DNA of 64,000 bases from an uncultured Tenacibaculum sp. (lineage in GTDB: Bacteria; Bacteroidota; Bacteroidia; Flavobacteriales; Flavobacteriaceae). The stretch is taken from assembly GCA_947501615.1 (NCBI GenBank), contig CANMWK010000014.1, positions 52,120 through 116,119 on the forward strand. Reading direction: 5' to 3'. Below are positions 8,814-18,301 of this stretch, piece after piece. A program made the position numbers and the translations under genes. The notes beneath the pieces were generated by a model. That model worked only from the letters and a program-made list of their open reading frames with translations, had not been told where the DNA came from and made no database searches. Within the stretch, counting starts at the first letter, position 1. Each line of letters starts with the position of its first letter.

Positions 8814-9677
8814 ATGAAAAAAAACATTTTAATCACAGGGACATCAACCGGAGTTGGTTTTGAAGCAGCATTACTATTTGCTAAAAATAACTTTAAAGTT
8901 TACGCAACGATGCGTAACTTGAATAAAAGCGCAGCTTTACAAAAAGAAATTAAAGTTCGAAATTTATCTATAGAACTCCTTGAATTAGACGTAACTAAAA
9001 ACGATTCTATAGTAAACACTGTTGAAACTATTATCGATAAAGATGGTAAACTTGATATTTTGCTAAATAACGCTGGTGCAGGTTTTGCTAAAACTTTAGA
9101 ACATGCCTCGCAAGAAGAGATAGATTGGGTTACCGATGTTAATTATACTGGAGTAATTCGTACATCTAAAGCTGTTATTCCTCAAATGAGAAAACAACAA
9201 AGCGGACATATTATTAATATTACTTCTATTGGCGGTTTAGTTGGTCAACCCTTTAATGAATTGTATTGTGGGGCTAAATTTGCTGTTGAAGGTTTTACTG
9301 AAGCTTTGGCTAGTTATTTAACTCCTGCGTTTGGTATTCAATTTTCTTTAATTGAACCAGGAGGAATTGCTACAGAGTTTATGTCTAATGCTGTAGAAAA
9401 AACTCAAAATGAACAAGGTGAACTAGCTACAGGTGATTATGCTCCTATTTTTCAAAAATATATAAGCGGAGCGCAAAATAGAGCTGGTGATGGAGAAACA
9501 TCTCCTTATCAAACTGGAAAAGAAGTTGCAGAAGTTGTTTTAAAAGTAGCCTTATCAGAAAATCCACCAATTCGTATTCGTACTTCTGAATGGGCAGAAA
9601 AATTGGGACATTTAAAAACTGTAGGAGATCCTGACGGAACAAAAATGGTTAATCAGGTACAATCTTTTTTCTTGTAA
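8814..9677 (+). CDS. SDR family oxidoreductase
   Basis: Classical SDR motifs are present: TGTSTGVG (TGxxxGxG), NNAG, and the catalytic YCGAKFAVEG (YxxxK). Confidence 0.85.
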   Translation: MKKNILITGTSTGVGFEAALLFAKNNFKVYATMRNLNKSAALQKEIKVRNLSIELLELDVTKNDSIVNTVETIIDKDGKLDILLNNAGAGFAKTLEHASQEEIDWVTDVNYTGVIRTSKAVIPQMRKQQSGHIINITSIGGLVGQPFNELYCGAKFAVEGFTEALASYLTPAFGIQFSLIEPGGIATEFMSNAVEKTQNEQGELATGDYAPIFQKYISGAQNRAGDGETSPYQTGKEVAEVVLKVALSENPPIRIRTSEWAEKLGHLKTVGDPDGTKMVNQVQSFFL

Positions 9678-9678
9678 A

Positions 9679-10035
9679 ATGAATATGTTATATTGGATTA
9701 GCACTGTATTAATTTCTGGTTTCCTTTTACTTAGTTCATACAGTTATATTTTTAGTAGTACTACTATTGAAGGTATAAAATCTCTTGGATTTCCAGATTT
9801 TTTCAGAATACAATTAGCTATTTTAAAGACTATAGCTGCTTTTGTACTTATAATTCCTAACCTACCAATATTCCTTAAAGAATGGAGTTATGTAGGAACC
9901 GGATTATTCTTAATCACAGCATTCGTTGCTCACATAGCACATCGAGATTCAATATTTATAAGTTTATTACTTCTTATATTATTTTTAGTATTGGGGTTAT
10001 CATATATGACTTTTCATAAGATATTTTACATCTAA
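9679..10035 (+). CDS. DoxX-like family membrane protein
   Basis: 118 aa with 4 TM segments. It starts 2 nt after the SDR stop. The pattern is DoxX_2-like (LAILKTIAAFVLIIP...GLFLITAFVAHI). Confidence 0.7.
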   Translation: MNMLYWISTVLISGFLLLSSYSYIFSSTTIEGIKSLGFPDFFRIQLAILKTIAAFVLIIPNLPIFLKEWSYVGTGLFLITAFVAHIAHRDSIFISLLLLILFLVLGLSYMTFHKIFYI

Positions 10036-10050
10036 TTTTTCAATAAAAAA

Positions 10051-10076
10051 ACCTCAGTTTTCACACTGAGGTTTTA
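10051..10076. terminator. bidirectional terminator hairpin between convergent genes
   Basis: ACCTCAGT (10051-10058) pairs with ACTGAGGT (10065-10072). An A-run precedes it and TTTT follows. Confidence 0.65.
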
Positions 10077-10134
10077 CTATAATAAGCTAAGAAGCTAAAT
10101 AAATGAACAAGCTTTTAATTTAATTTCTAAAACA

Positions 10135-10968
10135 TTAATTAGCTCTATGTTTGAGCCATAATCTTGTCAACTCTTGTTTATAAAATTCGATATCTTCATC
10201 TTCAAGAATATCGGTAACTATGGTAATACTTTCTAAAACATCTTCTACAAACTCAGTTTTTGGTGCTTCTAAATAATTATAGTAATAATTGTTATGATAT
10301 AAACTATATGTAGTTTCTTCCACAAATAATGTTAAAAAAGTGGATTTATTCACAGATATATAATCTGTTAATCCTTCTTCTAAAAAAATTTCAAATTGTT
10401 CTTTTCCATGCTGACCACAGCAACTCATAAGTCTACCAACAGCTAGCTTACAGGTTTCTTTTTTCCATTTATAGCTTGTAATAATATTGCTAATATCTCC
10501 CCATTGAGATACTTCATGGTCTAGATCACAAGTTCGTAGAAAATCAATATAAGCATCAATGTATCTGATATCTTTTTCTACAAAATTTAATATCGCTGCA
10601 TTTCCTAAAGGTGTTTCACTGTCTTCCCATATTCTGTTATTATATCTTCCTTTGGCTGCTGTATTAATATAAGATATGGTTTCGTCAAAAAGTTCTTCAT
10701 GCTTTACTACTTCTTGAAATAATGCATATTCTCCCTCAATTACTTGCATTACCATTTCGTCATTATATACTATTTTTAATACATAATTGAATTCATAAAG
10801 TTCATCATTTTCTTTGAATGACGATAAAGTTGAATTAATTGAAGATAAAATTGTTTTTAAATCTTCAACTATTAAATCTTTATTCTGATTTGCCTTAACA
10901 ATTGTTATCTCTTCTGAATAAGAAGAATCTCCCTCACCTAAACAATTGACTTTTATAAAATAACTCAT
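10135..10968 (-). CDS. hypothetical acidic cytoplasmic protein
   Basis: 277-aa ORF with no signal peptide or TM segment and rich in D/E/Y. It is monocistronic, lying between a terminator and a long intergenic region. No family recognised. Confidence 0.5.
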   Translation of the reverse strand: MSYFIKVNCLGEGDSSYSEEITIVKANQNKDLIVEDLKTILSSINSTLSSFKENDELYEFNYVLKIVYNDEMVMQVIEGEYALFQEVVKHEELFDETISYINTAAKGRYNNRIWEDSETPLGNAAILNFVEKDIRYIDAYIDFLRTCDLDHEVSQWGDISNIITSYKWKKETCKLAVGRLMSCCGQHGKEQFEIFLEEGLTDYISVNKSTFLTLFVEETTYSLYHNNYYYNYLEAPKTEFVEDVLESITIVTDILEDEDIEFYKQELTRLWLKHRAN

Positions 10969-11449
10969 GAATTGACGTAGATTAAAATTTAATGCTACAA
11001 TGATAAACCAGAGTAGTTTAGTTTACTACCCTGTTTTCAGTGAAATCTAATTATGATGACAAAAGTTGTAAAATATAAACCCTTCAGAATCAATATTTAA
11101 TTTAAAACTGTGTTAATAATTTCAATTTCTTTTTTAATTTTTTTTAAAATTTATCGATGAATTAAAAAAAAAACTATATTTGATTTACCCATGGTAAAAT
11201 AAAATGTTAGGTTTTACTTGTTTCGTAAACAACTTTTTAAGGAAGATAAAAGGTTGTTTAGTGTTTGGGAAACACAACGAAAAAATTAAGGTTTCTTCCG
11301 AACTTATTTTAAACATACTTCAAAATCTTCGTTTACGAGGTGTGTATTTAGAGCTTATAGTTTAGTTACGCAATTTCAATTTTGGTTATATCAAATCAAG
11401 CTATTAGATAGCTAAAGGGTTTGTTGTCTATAATTTTAATTGAAATTAA

Positions 11450-12850
11450 ATGAATACTAAATATAAAGACTTAATTGAACAAACTTTTGACTTTCCTCAA
11501 GAGGAATTTCATACAAAACATGAAGAATTATTTTTTCATGACATTAATCTAATGGAGTTGATTAAACAATATGGAACTCCATTAAAATTCACGTATCTAC
11601 CTAAAATCTCAGAGAACATTATTAAAGCTCAAAAATGGTTTAATAATGCTTTTGAAAAACTTAATTATAAGGGCAGTTATAATTATTCGTATTGCACCAA
11701 AAGCTCACATTTTCGATATGTTTTAGAAGAAGCTTTGTTAAATGATATTCATATAGAAACTTCATCTGCTTTTGATATCGACATTGTTAAATCACTAAAA
11801 AAACAAGGAAAACTAAAAGATAGTGCCTTTGTTTTATGTAATGGCTTTAAAAGGGATCAATACATAGCTAATATTGTTAACCTCATCGAAGGAGGTCACA
11901 AAAACTGTATTCCTATCATTGATAATTATGAAGAATTGAATCTACTTTTAGATGAAACAAAAAGTAAATTAAATATAGGAATTAGAATTGCTTCTGAAGA
12001 AGAACCAAAATTCGAATTTTATACGAGTCGTTTGGGTATTGGTTATAAAAACATTGTTTCTTTTTATGAAAAAGAAATAGCTAACAACCCTCAAGTAGAG
12101 TTAAAAATGCTTCACTTTTTCATAAATACAGGAATAAAGGACAATTCATATTACTGGAATGAATTATTAAAATGTTTAAAAGTATATACACAATTAAAAA
12201 AAGTATGCCCTTCGCTAAACAGTTTAAATATTGGTGGAGGTTTTCCTATTAAGAATTCATTAGCCTTTGAGTACGATTACCAATATATGATTGAAGAAAT
12301 TATCAATCAAATTAAAACTGCTTGTGATGAAGAAGGCGTTGATACTCCTAACATTTTTACAGAATTTGGAAGCTTTACTGTTGGAGAAAGTGGTGGAGCA
12401 TTGTATGAAGTTTTATATCAAAAAAAACAAAATGATAGAGAAAAATGGAATATGATAAACTCTTCTTTCATTACAACTTTACCAGATAGTTGGGCAATTA
12501 ACAAACGTTTTATAATGCTACCTGTAAATAAATGGAATCATAAATACGAACGAGTATTATTAGGTGGGCTTACATGTGACAGCGATGATTATTATAATTC
12601 TGAACAACATGTAAATGCTATTTATTTACCAGAATACGAAAAAAACAATCCTTTATACATTGGCTTTTTCAATACTGGTGCTTATCAAGAATCTATTGGT
12701 GGATTTGGTGGTTTACAACACTGTTTAATTCCACACCCAAAACATATTTTGATAACTAAAAATCAAAATGGAGAAATTATAACTCAATTATTTAAAGAAC
12801 AACAAAAAAGTAAAGAATTACTATCAATTTTAGGATATGAAAACGAATAG
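11450..12850 (+). CDS. speA: arginine decarboxylase (PLP-dependent, Orn/DAP/Arg decarboxylase fold)
   Basis: Alanine-racemase-fold decarboxylase motifs are present: the PLP-Lys region YCTKSSH, GGGFPI, and GGLTCDSDDYY. It overlaps the downstream agmatinase gene by 14 nt. Confidence 0.8.
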   Translation: MNTKYKDLIEQTFDFPQEEFHTKHEELFFHDINLMELIKQYGTPLKFTYLPKISENIIKAQKWFNNAFEKLNYKGSYNYSYCTKSSHFRYVLEEALLNDIHIETSSAFDIDIVKSLKKQGKLKDSAFVLCNGFKRDQYIANIVNLIEGGHKNCIPIIDNYEELNLLLDETKSKLNIGIRIASEEEPKFEFYTSRLGIGYKNIVSFYEKEIANNPQVELKMLHFFINTGIKDNSYYWNELLKCLKVYTQLKKVCPSLNSLNIGGGFPIKNSLAFEYDYQYMIEEIINQIKTACDEEGVDTPNIFTEFGSFTVGESGGALYEVLYQKKQNDREKWNMINSSFITTLPDSWAINKRFIMLPVNKWNHKYERVLLGGLTCDSDDYYNSEQHVNAIYLPEYEKNNPLYIGFFNTGAYQESIGGFGGLQHCLIPHPKHILITKNQNGEIITQLFKEQQKSKELLSILGYENE

Positions 12851-13781
12851 AACTTACGCTGGTATTCCTGAAAAATATGGAAAATTAGAAACTGCTAAAA
12901 TAGTTTTAATACCTGTTCCTTACGACGGAACTAGTACATGGCAAAAAGGAGCCGATAAAGGTCCTGAAGCTTTTTTACAAGCTTCTGAGAATATGGAATT
13001 ATACGACATTGAAACCAATAGTGAAGTATATAAAGAAGGAATTTATTTAACTGAACCCATATTAGAAAATTCTTCTCCTGAAACTATGGTTGAAGAAGTA
13101 CACCAAATCACGAAAAAATATATAAATAAAAACAAATTTGTTACTCTTTTCGGAGGTGAACATTCAATTTCAATTGGTTCAATAAGAGCCTTTAGTGAAT
13201 GTTTCAATAATTTAACTGTATTGCATATAGATGCACATGCAGATTTACGCAAAGAATACGAAGGCAGTTCTTGTAATCATGCCTGTGCTGTTTATGAAGC
13301 AAATCAAAATACAAATTTAGTTCAAGTTGGAATCCGTAGTATGGACATTTCTGAAACACGAGTAATGAACAGAGATAAAGTCTTTTTTGCTCATGAAATG
13401 GCCACTAATGAATACTGGATGGATGATGTTTTAGAACAACTTACTGGAAATATTTTTATCACTTTTGATTTAGATGCTATAGATCCTTCAATCATGCCAA
13501 GCACTGGGACTCCTGAACCTGGAGGTTTATTTTGGTATGAAACTTTAGAATTTCTTCGTAAAGTATTCGAAGAAAAAAATGTCGTAGGGTTTGATATTGT
13601 TGAACTATGCCCTAATGAACAAGAGAAATCTTCTGATTTTTTAGCAGCTAAATTATACTACAAAATGTTGAGTTATAAATTTAAATCTACCGAAGAAGTA
13701 GAAGAGAATTATGACGAAGAAAATAACAACGGATCACCTTTTAACAAACTAACTAAATTTAAAGACAATGATGAATACTAA
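12837..13781 (+). CDS. speB: agmatinase (ureohydrolase family)
   Basis: Arginase-family Mn-binding motifs are present: GGEHSIS, HIDAHADL, FDLDAIDPS. It is translationally coupled to speA. Confidence 0.8.
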   Translation: MKTNRTYAGIPEKYGKLETAKIVLIPVPYDGTSTWQKGADKGPEAFLQASENMELYDIETNSEVYKEGIYLTEPILENSSPETMVEEVHQITKKYINKNKFVTLFGGEHSISIGSIRAFSECFNNLTVLHIDAHADLRKEYEGSSCNHACAVYEANQNTNLVQVGIRSMDISETRVMNRDKVFFAHEMATNEYWMDDVLEQLTGNIFITFDLDAIDPSIMPSTGTPEPGGLFWYETLEFLRKVFEEKNVVGFDIVELCPNEQEKSSDFLAAKLYYKMLSYKFKSTEEVEENYDEENNNGSPFNKLTKFKDNDEY

Positions 13782-14748
13782 TACACGCCCAGTATCTGAA
13801 TTCATAGAAAAACACTTTCTTCACTTCAACGCCGCAGCTCTAGTTGATGCTGCAAAAGCTTATGAAAAACAGTTAGAAGATGGCTCTAAAATGTTAGTCT
13901 CGTTGGCTGGAGCAATGAGTACAGCTGAATTAGGTAAAATCTTTGCAGAAATTATTCGCCAAGATAAAGTTCATATCATCTCTTGTACTGGTGCCAATCT
14001 TGAAGAAGACATTATGAATTTAGTTGCTCACTCACATTATAAACGTGTTCCCAATTATAGAGATTTAACACCACAAGATGAATGGGATTTATTGTTAAAA
14101 GGATTAAATCGTGTAACTGATACTTGTATTCCAGAAGAAGAAGCTTTTAGAAGATTACAAAAGCATATTTTCAAAATATGGAAAGAAGCAGAAGAAGAAG
14201 GTGAGCGGTATTTTCCTCACGAGTTCATGTATAAACTTTTACTCTCAGGAGTTTTAGAAGAACATTATGAAATAGATATAAAAGATTCGTGGATGTATGC
14301 AGCTGCTCAAAAAAATTTACCAATGGTAGTTCCTGGTTGGGAAGATTCAACTATGGGAAACATTTTTGCTTCATATGTGGTTAAAGGTGAACTTAAAGCT
14401 TCCACAATGAAATCTGGTATTGAATACATGACATTTTTAGCTGATTGGTACACAGAAAATTCAAAAAATGGAATAGGTTTTTTTCAAATAGGTGGAGGAA
14501 TTGCTGGTGACTTCCCTATTTGTGTAGTACCAATGCTTTATCAAGACTTAGAACGAGAAGACACACCTTTCTGGAGTTATTTCTGTCAAATTTCAGACTC
14601 CACTACAAGTTATGGTTCTTATTCTGGAGCTGTTCCTAATGAAAAAATCACTTGGGGAAAACTAGATATCGATACTCCTAAATTTATTATTGAAAGTGAC
14701 GCTACAATTGTAGCACCATTAATATTTGCTTATTTATTAAAAATGTAA
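13768..14748 (+). CDS. deoxyhypusine synthase family protein (likely homospermidine-forming)
   Basis: 326 aa with a DHS-like pattern (SLAGAMSTAELGK, SCTGANLEEDI, GGGIAGDFPI, VPNEKITWGK). It overlaps speB by 14 nt. Confidence 0.75.
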   Translation: MMNTNTRPVSEFIEKHFLHFNAAALVDAAKAYEKQLEDGSKMLVSLAGAMSTAELGKIFAEIIRQDKVHIISCTGANLEEDIMNLVAHSHYKRVPNYRDLTPQDEWDLLLKGLNRVTDTCIPEEEAFRRLQKHIFKIWKEAEEEGERYFPHEFMYKLLLSGVLEEHYEIDIKDSWMYAAAQKNLPMVVPGWEDSTMGNIFASYVVKGELKASTMKSGIEYMTFLADWYTENSKNGIGFFQIGGGIAGDFPICVVPMLYQDLEREDTPFWSYFCQISDSTTSYGSYSGAVPNEKITWGKLDIDTPKFIIESDATIVAPLIFAYLLKM

Positions 14749-14753
14749 TTTTT

Positions 14754-15026
14754 ATGAAACGAATAATAGTTGATTACGAAAAATTAACAGCGAATATATT
14801 AGACTTGTTAATAGAAAAATATCCCGACGGATATAATTATGATGACATTATTTCTTTTCAAAATTCGAAAGGAGATACCATTAGTGCTGTAGAAGTAAGA
14901 ACTGATGATACTATTTATTTAGTAAAAATTAGTAGAAAGCTTGAAAAAACTATGGATGATTACATGGAAGATGAAAATTCTTTTGATGAAAATAATCTTA
15001 ACGATTATACAGACAACAATTTCTAA
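14754..15026 (+). CDS. small acidic hypothetical protein
   Basis: 90 aa, very acidic C-terminus. It starts 5 nt after the DHS-like stop, so it is probably co-transcribed. Confidence 0.5.
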   Translation: MKRIIVDYEKLTANILDLLIEKYPDGYNYDDIISFQNSKGDTISAVEVRTDDTIYLVKISRKLEKTMDDYMEDENSFDENNLNDYTDNNF

Positions 15027-15041
15027 TTTAAAACTTTAATT

Positions 15042-15302
15042 ATGAATTATTACAGAGCAGAAAGAAGTATGCTTGTTACTGGTGTATACGCTGGTTACAA
15101 AAACGGTTACTATACTTTTGTACTACAAGATAATGACATTATTGATTTTGATGAAATTAACAAAATGATACTTGTAAAATTTGATTTAAAATCGAACGAA
15201 TGTAAAGGACGAAAATTTGAAATAATTTATAAAGAAATTATAGATGATCTTGATGATGAAGATTTCCTTATACTAAAACTCGAAGATTTAAAATTAATAT
15301 AA
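15042..15302 (+). CDS. small acidic hypothetical protein
   Basis: 86 aa, acidic. It is tightly packed in the operon. Confidence 0.5.
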   Translation: MNYYRAERSMLVTGVYAGYKNGYYTFVLQDNDIIDFDEINKMILVKFDLKSNECKGRKFEIIYKEIIDDLDDEDFLILKLEDLKLI

Positions 15303-15304
15303 TT

Positions 15305-15718
15305 ATGGATACATCTTTTCACATATCTCTTCCTTGTAAAAACATTGAAGAAACCATCAGTTATTATCGTGATCAATTGGATTTAAAAATAGGTAGAAAA
15401 ACTAACAATTGGGTAGATATTAATCTATTTAGTCATCAAGTTACATTTGTGCTAACAGAAAAGTTTGATTTTCAATTTCCTTTCTACTCTTTAGATAGTG
15501 AACAGTTACCTTCTTTTCATTTTGGAGTGGTTTTAGATAACGAAACTTGGGAAAACACTTATGATACAGTAAATAGACAATGGTCTTATGATACCATAAT
15601 TAAGAAAACTTTTTTCGAAGATCAAAACGGAGAACAGAATACATTCATAGTTAAAGATCCTAATGGTTATTACATCGAATTTAAAACCTTTAAAAGGTCT
15701 GATGAAATTTTTATGTAA
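15305..15718 (+). CDS. VOC (glyoxalase/bleomycin-resistance/dioxygenase fold) family protein
   Basis: 137 aa. The N-terminal FHISLPCKNIEETISYY and C-terminal FIVKDPNGYYIEF fit the beta-alpha-beta-beta-beta modules of VOC proteins. It starts 2 nt after the previous stop. Confidence 0.6.
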   Translation: MDTSFHISLPCKNIEETISYYRDQLDLKIGRKTNNWVDINLFSHQVTFVLTEKFDFQFPFYSLDSEQLPSFHFGVVLDNETWENTYDTVNRQWSYDTIIKKTFFEDQNGEQNTFIVKDPNGYYIEFKTFKRSDEIFM

Positions 15719-15844
15719 CTGTTAGTAAACTTATTTTAAATTAAAATCAGTTCATCTTTCTTACTGTTGAATTGATTTTAATTTTCTTCTAACATGAAAA
15801 CACATAAGTACTGAAATTTAAAATAAAAACTTTTTTTTCAATTC

Positions 15845-17269
15845 GTGATTAAACATACAGAAATTATAGAACCTCATACCTTTGAACCTGAAAATCATTG
15901 GTATGAAAAATCTCTTAATGCAACTATTCATCCTATGGTAAGTTATTTTTTAAACTTAACCAATGATAGAATAGTAAAACGTTATTGCCATTTAAATCCT
16001 AAAGTAAACAGTGATGATCTAAAAGAGATTTTAAACTACAAACCTAAATATTACCATTTATCTGGTGCAGATTTACTTCATGTAACTACTGAAAAAGGAA
16101 AAAGACAAATGGTGATTATAGAAAATAACTCTTGTCCTTCTGGACAAAAATCTATGCCACTTTTAAATGAATTTAAAGAACAAGGTGGTTATAGAAAATT
16201 CATGGAACATACTATAAAACCTTTATTAAAAAAGAAAATAAATAATGCTGTTGCTGTTATTTATGACAAGAACTATATGGAAGCTTCTGGTTACGCCCAC
16301 GCAATGGCTGACATGTTAAATAAGAAGGTTTACCTTGTTCCTTATTATAATGATTTAGACAAGAATCATATCGATATTTCTAATGATTATATACATTTAA
16401 AAGTTGGTGAGGAATGGATACAATTAGATTTAGTTTTTAGATACTTAACTCAAAAACCTTGGAACAGATTACCAATTTCTTCAAAAACTAAAATTATTAA
16501 TCCTACTATTGTTTGTTTAGCTGGTGGAAGAAATAAATTAATTGCCTCTAAAGCATATTCGTTTTACAATTCAGAATTACAACATAAAAACCTTAAAATT
16601 ATTACTCCGCATACGATTTGGGATGTTAATAAAAATGAAATACCATTATGGGTTGAGAATTTGGGCGGAAAAGCCGTTGTAAAAATACCGTATAGTAATG
16701 CAGGACAAGGTGTTTTTACTATAGTTAATGAACAAGAATTAGAAGATTTTATGAAAATGGATTTCGATTATAATAAATTCATTGTTCAAAGTTTAGTAGG
16801 TAATTACAATTGGAGTTCTACTACTTCTGAAGGAAAATATTATCACGTAGGAACAGTTCCTAATCAAAAAGGACAATCTTATGTTTTAGATTTTAGAATG
16901 ATGATTCACGCTACTAAAGAAGGTTATAAACCAATTTCTATTTACTCTAGACGAGCAAAAGCTCCTCTAAAAGACACTTTACAAGACGGTAAAGCATCAT
17001 GGGATATTTTAGGTACAAACTTATCTTTCAAAAAAGAAAATGGTGATTGGGGCTCAGATACTAACAGGCTCTTATTAATGGAAAGAAAAGAGTTTAATAA
17101 CTTAGGTATTGGCTTAGATGACTTAATAGAAGCCTATATTCAAACTGTATTAACATCAATAGCTATTGATAAAATGGCTATTCAATTATTAAATAAAAAA
17201 GGCACTTTTAAGCGTAAACTATTTAAATCGTTAAACGATGACGATTCATTAATTAAAGAAATTATATAA
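15845..17269 (+). CDS. ATP-grasp-like ligase (family not recognised)
   Basis: GTG start in the track. The central region has ATP-grasp-like elements: GGKAVVKIPYSNAGQGVF, FIVQSLV, YVLDFRMMIH. The stop overlaps the ATG of the next gene (ATAATG). Confidence 0.5.
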   Translation: MIKHTEIIEPHTFEPENHWYEKSLNATIHPMVSYFLNLTNDRIVKRYCHLNPKVNSDDLKEILNYKPKYYHLSGADLLHVTTEKGKRQMVIIENNSCPSGQKSMPLLNEFKEQGGYRKFMEHTIKPLLKKKINNAVAVIYDKNYMEASGYAHAMADMLNKKVYLVPYYNDLDKNHIDISNDYIHLKVGEEWIQLDLVFRYLTQKPWNRLPISSKTKIINPTIVCLAGGRNKLIASKAYSFYNSELQHKNLKIITPHTIWDVNKNEIPLWVENLGGKAVVKIPYSNAGQGVFTIVNEQELEDFMKMDFDYNKFIVQSLVGNYNWSSTTSEGKYYHVGTVPNQKGQSYVLDFRMMIHATKEGYKPISIYSRRAKAPLKDTLQDGKASWDILGTNLSFKKENGDWGSDTNRLLLMERKEFNNLGIGLDDLIEAYIQTVLTSIAIDKMAIQLLNKKGTFKRKLFKSLNDDDSLIKEII

Positions 17270-18237
17270 TGGCTAAATTCCAGAAGGTTTCAATTATTAA
17301 AAGGATTAAATTAGACCAGTACGAAAATAACTCGTTATCCTATCGATGGATACATTTAGTTTCGAATGGTATTGCTCAGCCAATTTATGTTCCTGTAATT
17401 ATTGGTAAAGGAATAAAAGACGGACCTGTTTTAGGTATTACAGCTGTAGTTCATGGCAATGAATTAAATGGAATGTCTGTAATTCAACGATTATTTAACT
17501 CTATTGATTTAGAAAAACTTTCTGGAACAATAATCGGTATTCCTGTAGTAAATGTTCCTTCTATTTTAACCAATGAAAGAAGATTTGTTGATGGAGTTGA
17601 TTTAAATAGAATAATGCCTGGTGATAAAGACGGTAATAGAAGTAAAGTTTATGCCAACAGGATAATTAATCGAATAGTTAAAAATTTTGATTACTTACTA
17701 GATCTCCATACTGCTAGTTTTGGTAGAGTAAATTCTTATTATATAAGAGCAGATTTATCTTCTAAAATTGCGAAACAATTAGCTATAATGCAAAACCCGC
17801 AAATAATTCTTAACGCTCCTCCAAAAGATGGAACTCTTAGAGGTGCCGCTGCCGATTTAGGTATTGATGCAATTACTGTTGAAGTTGGTGACCCTGATAA
17901 GTTCCAAAAAGGAATGATACGTTCTAGCTTAACTGGTGTATATAATACACTTTCTTTTTTAAATATGTATGATGAACCTGTAGATAAAGCAGATCAAAAA
18001 GCAGTTATCTGTAAAAAGTCATACTGGATTTACAGCCAAGTTGGTGGAATAATTCAAGTTCATTGTGATTTAACACAACATTTAAAGAAAGGAGACTTAA
18101 TTGCAACAGTAAGAGATGTTTTTGGAACAGTTTTAAAAGAGTATGTTGCCCCAGAAGCTGGAATTGTTATAGGTAAAAGTACTAATCCAATCGGGCAAAC
18201 CGGTAGTAGAATTATTCATTTAGGTATAGTTAAATAA
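17269..18237 (+). CDS. succinylglutamate desuccinylase/aspartoacylase (AstE/AspA, M14-like) family protein
   Basis: Zn-binding signature ITAVVHGNELNG, plus LLDLHTAS and the family-typical C-terminal beta domain. Confidence 0.75.
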   Translation: MAKFQKVSIIKRIKLDQYENNSLSYRWIHLVSNGIAQPIYVPVIIGKGIKDGPVLGITAVVHGNELNGMSVIQRLFNSIDLEKLSGTIIGIPVVNVPSILTNERRFVDGVDLNRIMPGDKDGNRSKVYANRIINRIVKNFDYLLDLHTASFGRVNSYYIRADLSSKIAKQLAIMQNPQIILNAPPKDGTLRGAAADLGIDAITVEVGDPDKFQKGMIRSSLTGVYNTLSFLNMYDEPVDKADQKAVICKKSYWIYSQVGGIIQVHCDLTQHLKKGDLIATVRDVFGTVLKEYVAPEAGIVIGKSTNPIGQTGSRIIHLGIVK

Positions 18238-18260
18238 TACTACTTCATTTTTTTAAATAA

Positions 18261-18298
18261 AAAACACCTTTTCAAATACTATTGAAAAGGTGTTTTAT
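18261..18298. terminator. bidirectional terminator shared by the polyamine-operon 3' end and ssrA
   Basis: ACACCTTTTCAA (18264-18275) pairs with TTGAAAAGGTGT (18282-18293). It is flanked by an A-run and a T-run. Confidence 0.65.
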
Positions 18299-18301
18299 TT
18301 G

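Noticed and set aside
11204-11365. 53-codon ORF in the speA leader, considered as an ordinary protein gene.
   Set aside because: It is below the size cutoff with no recognisable motif, and it overlaps the predicted alternative RNA helices. It is kept only as a possible regulatory uORF within the leader finding.
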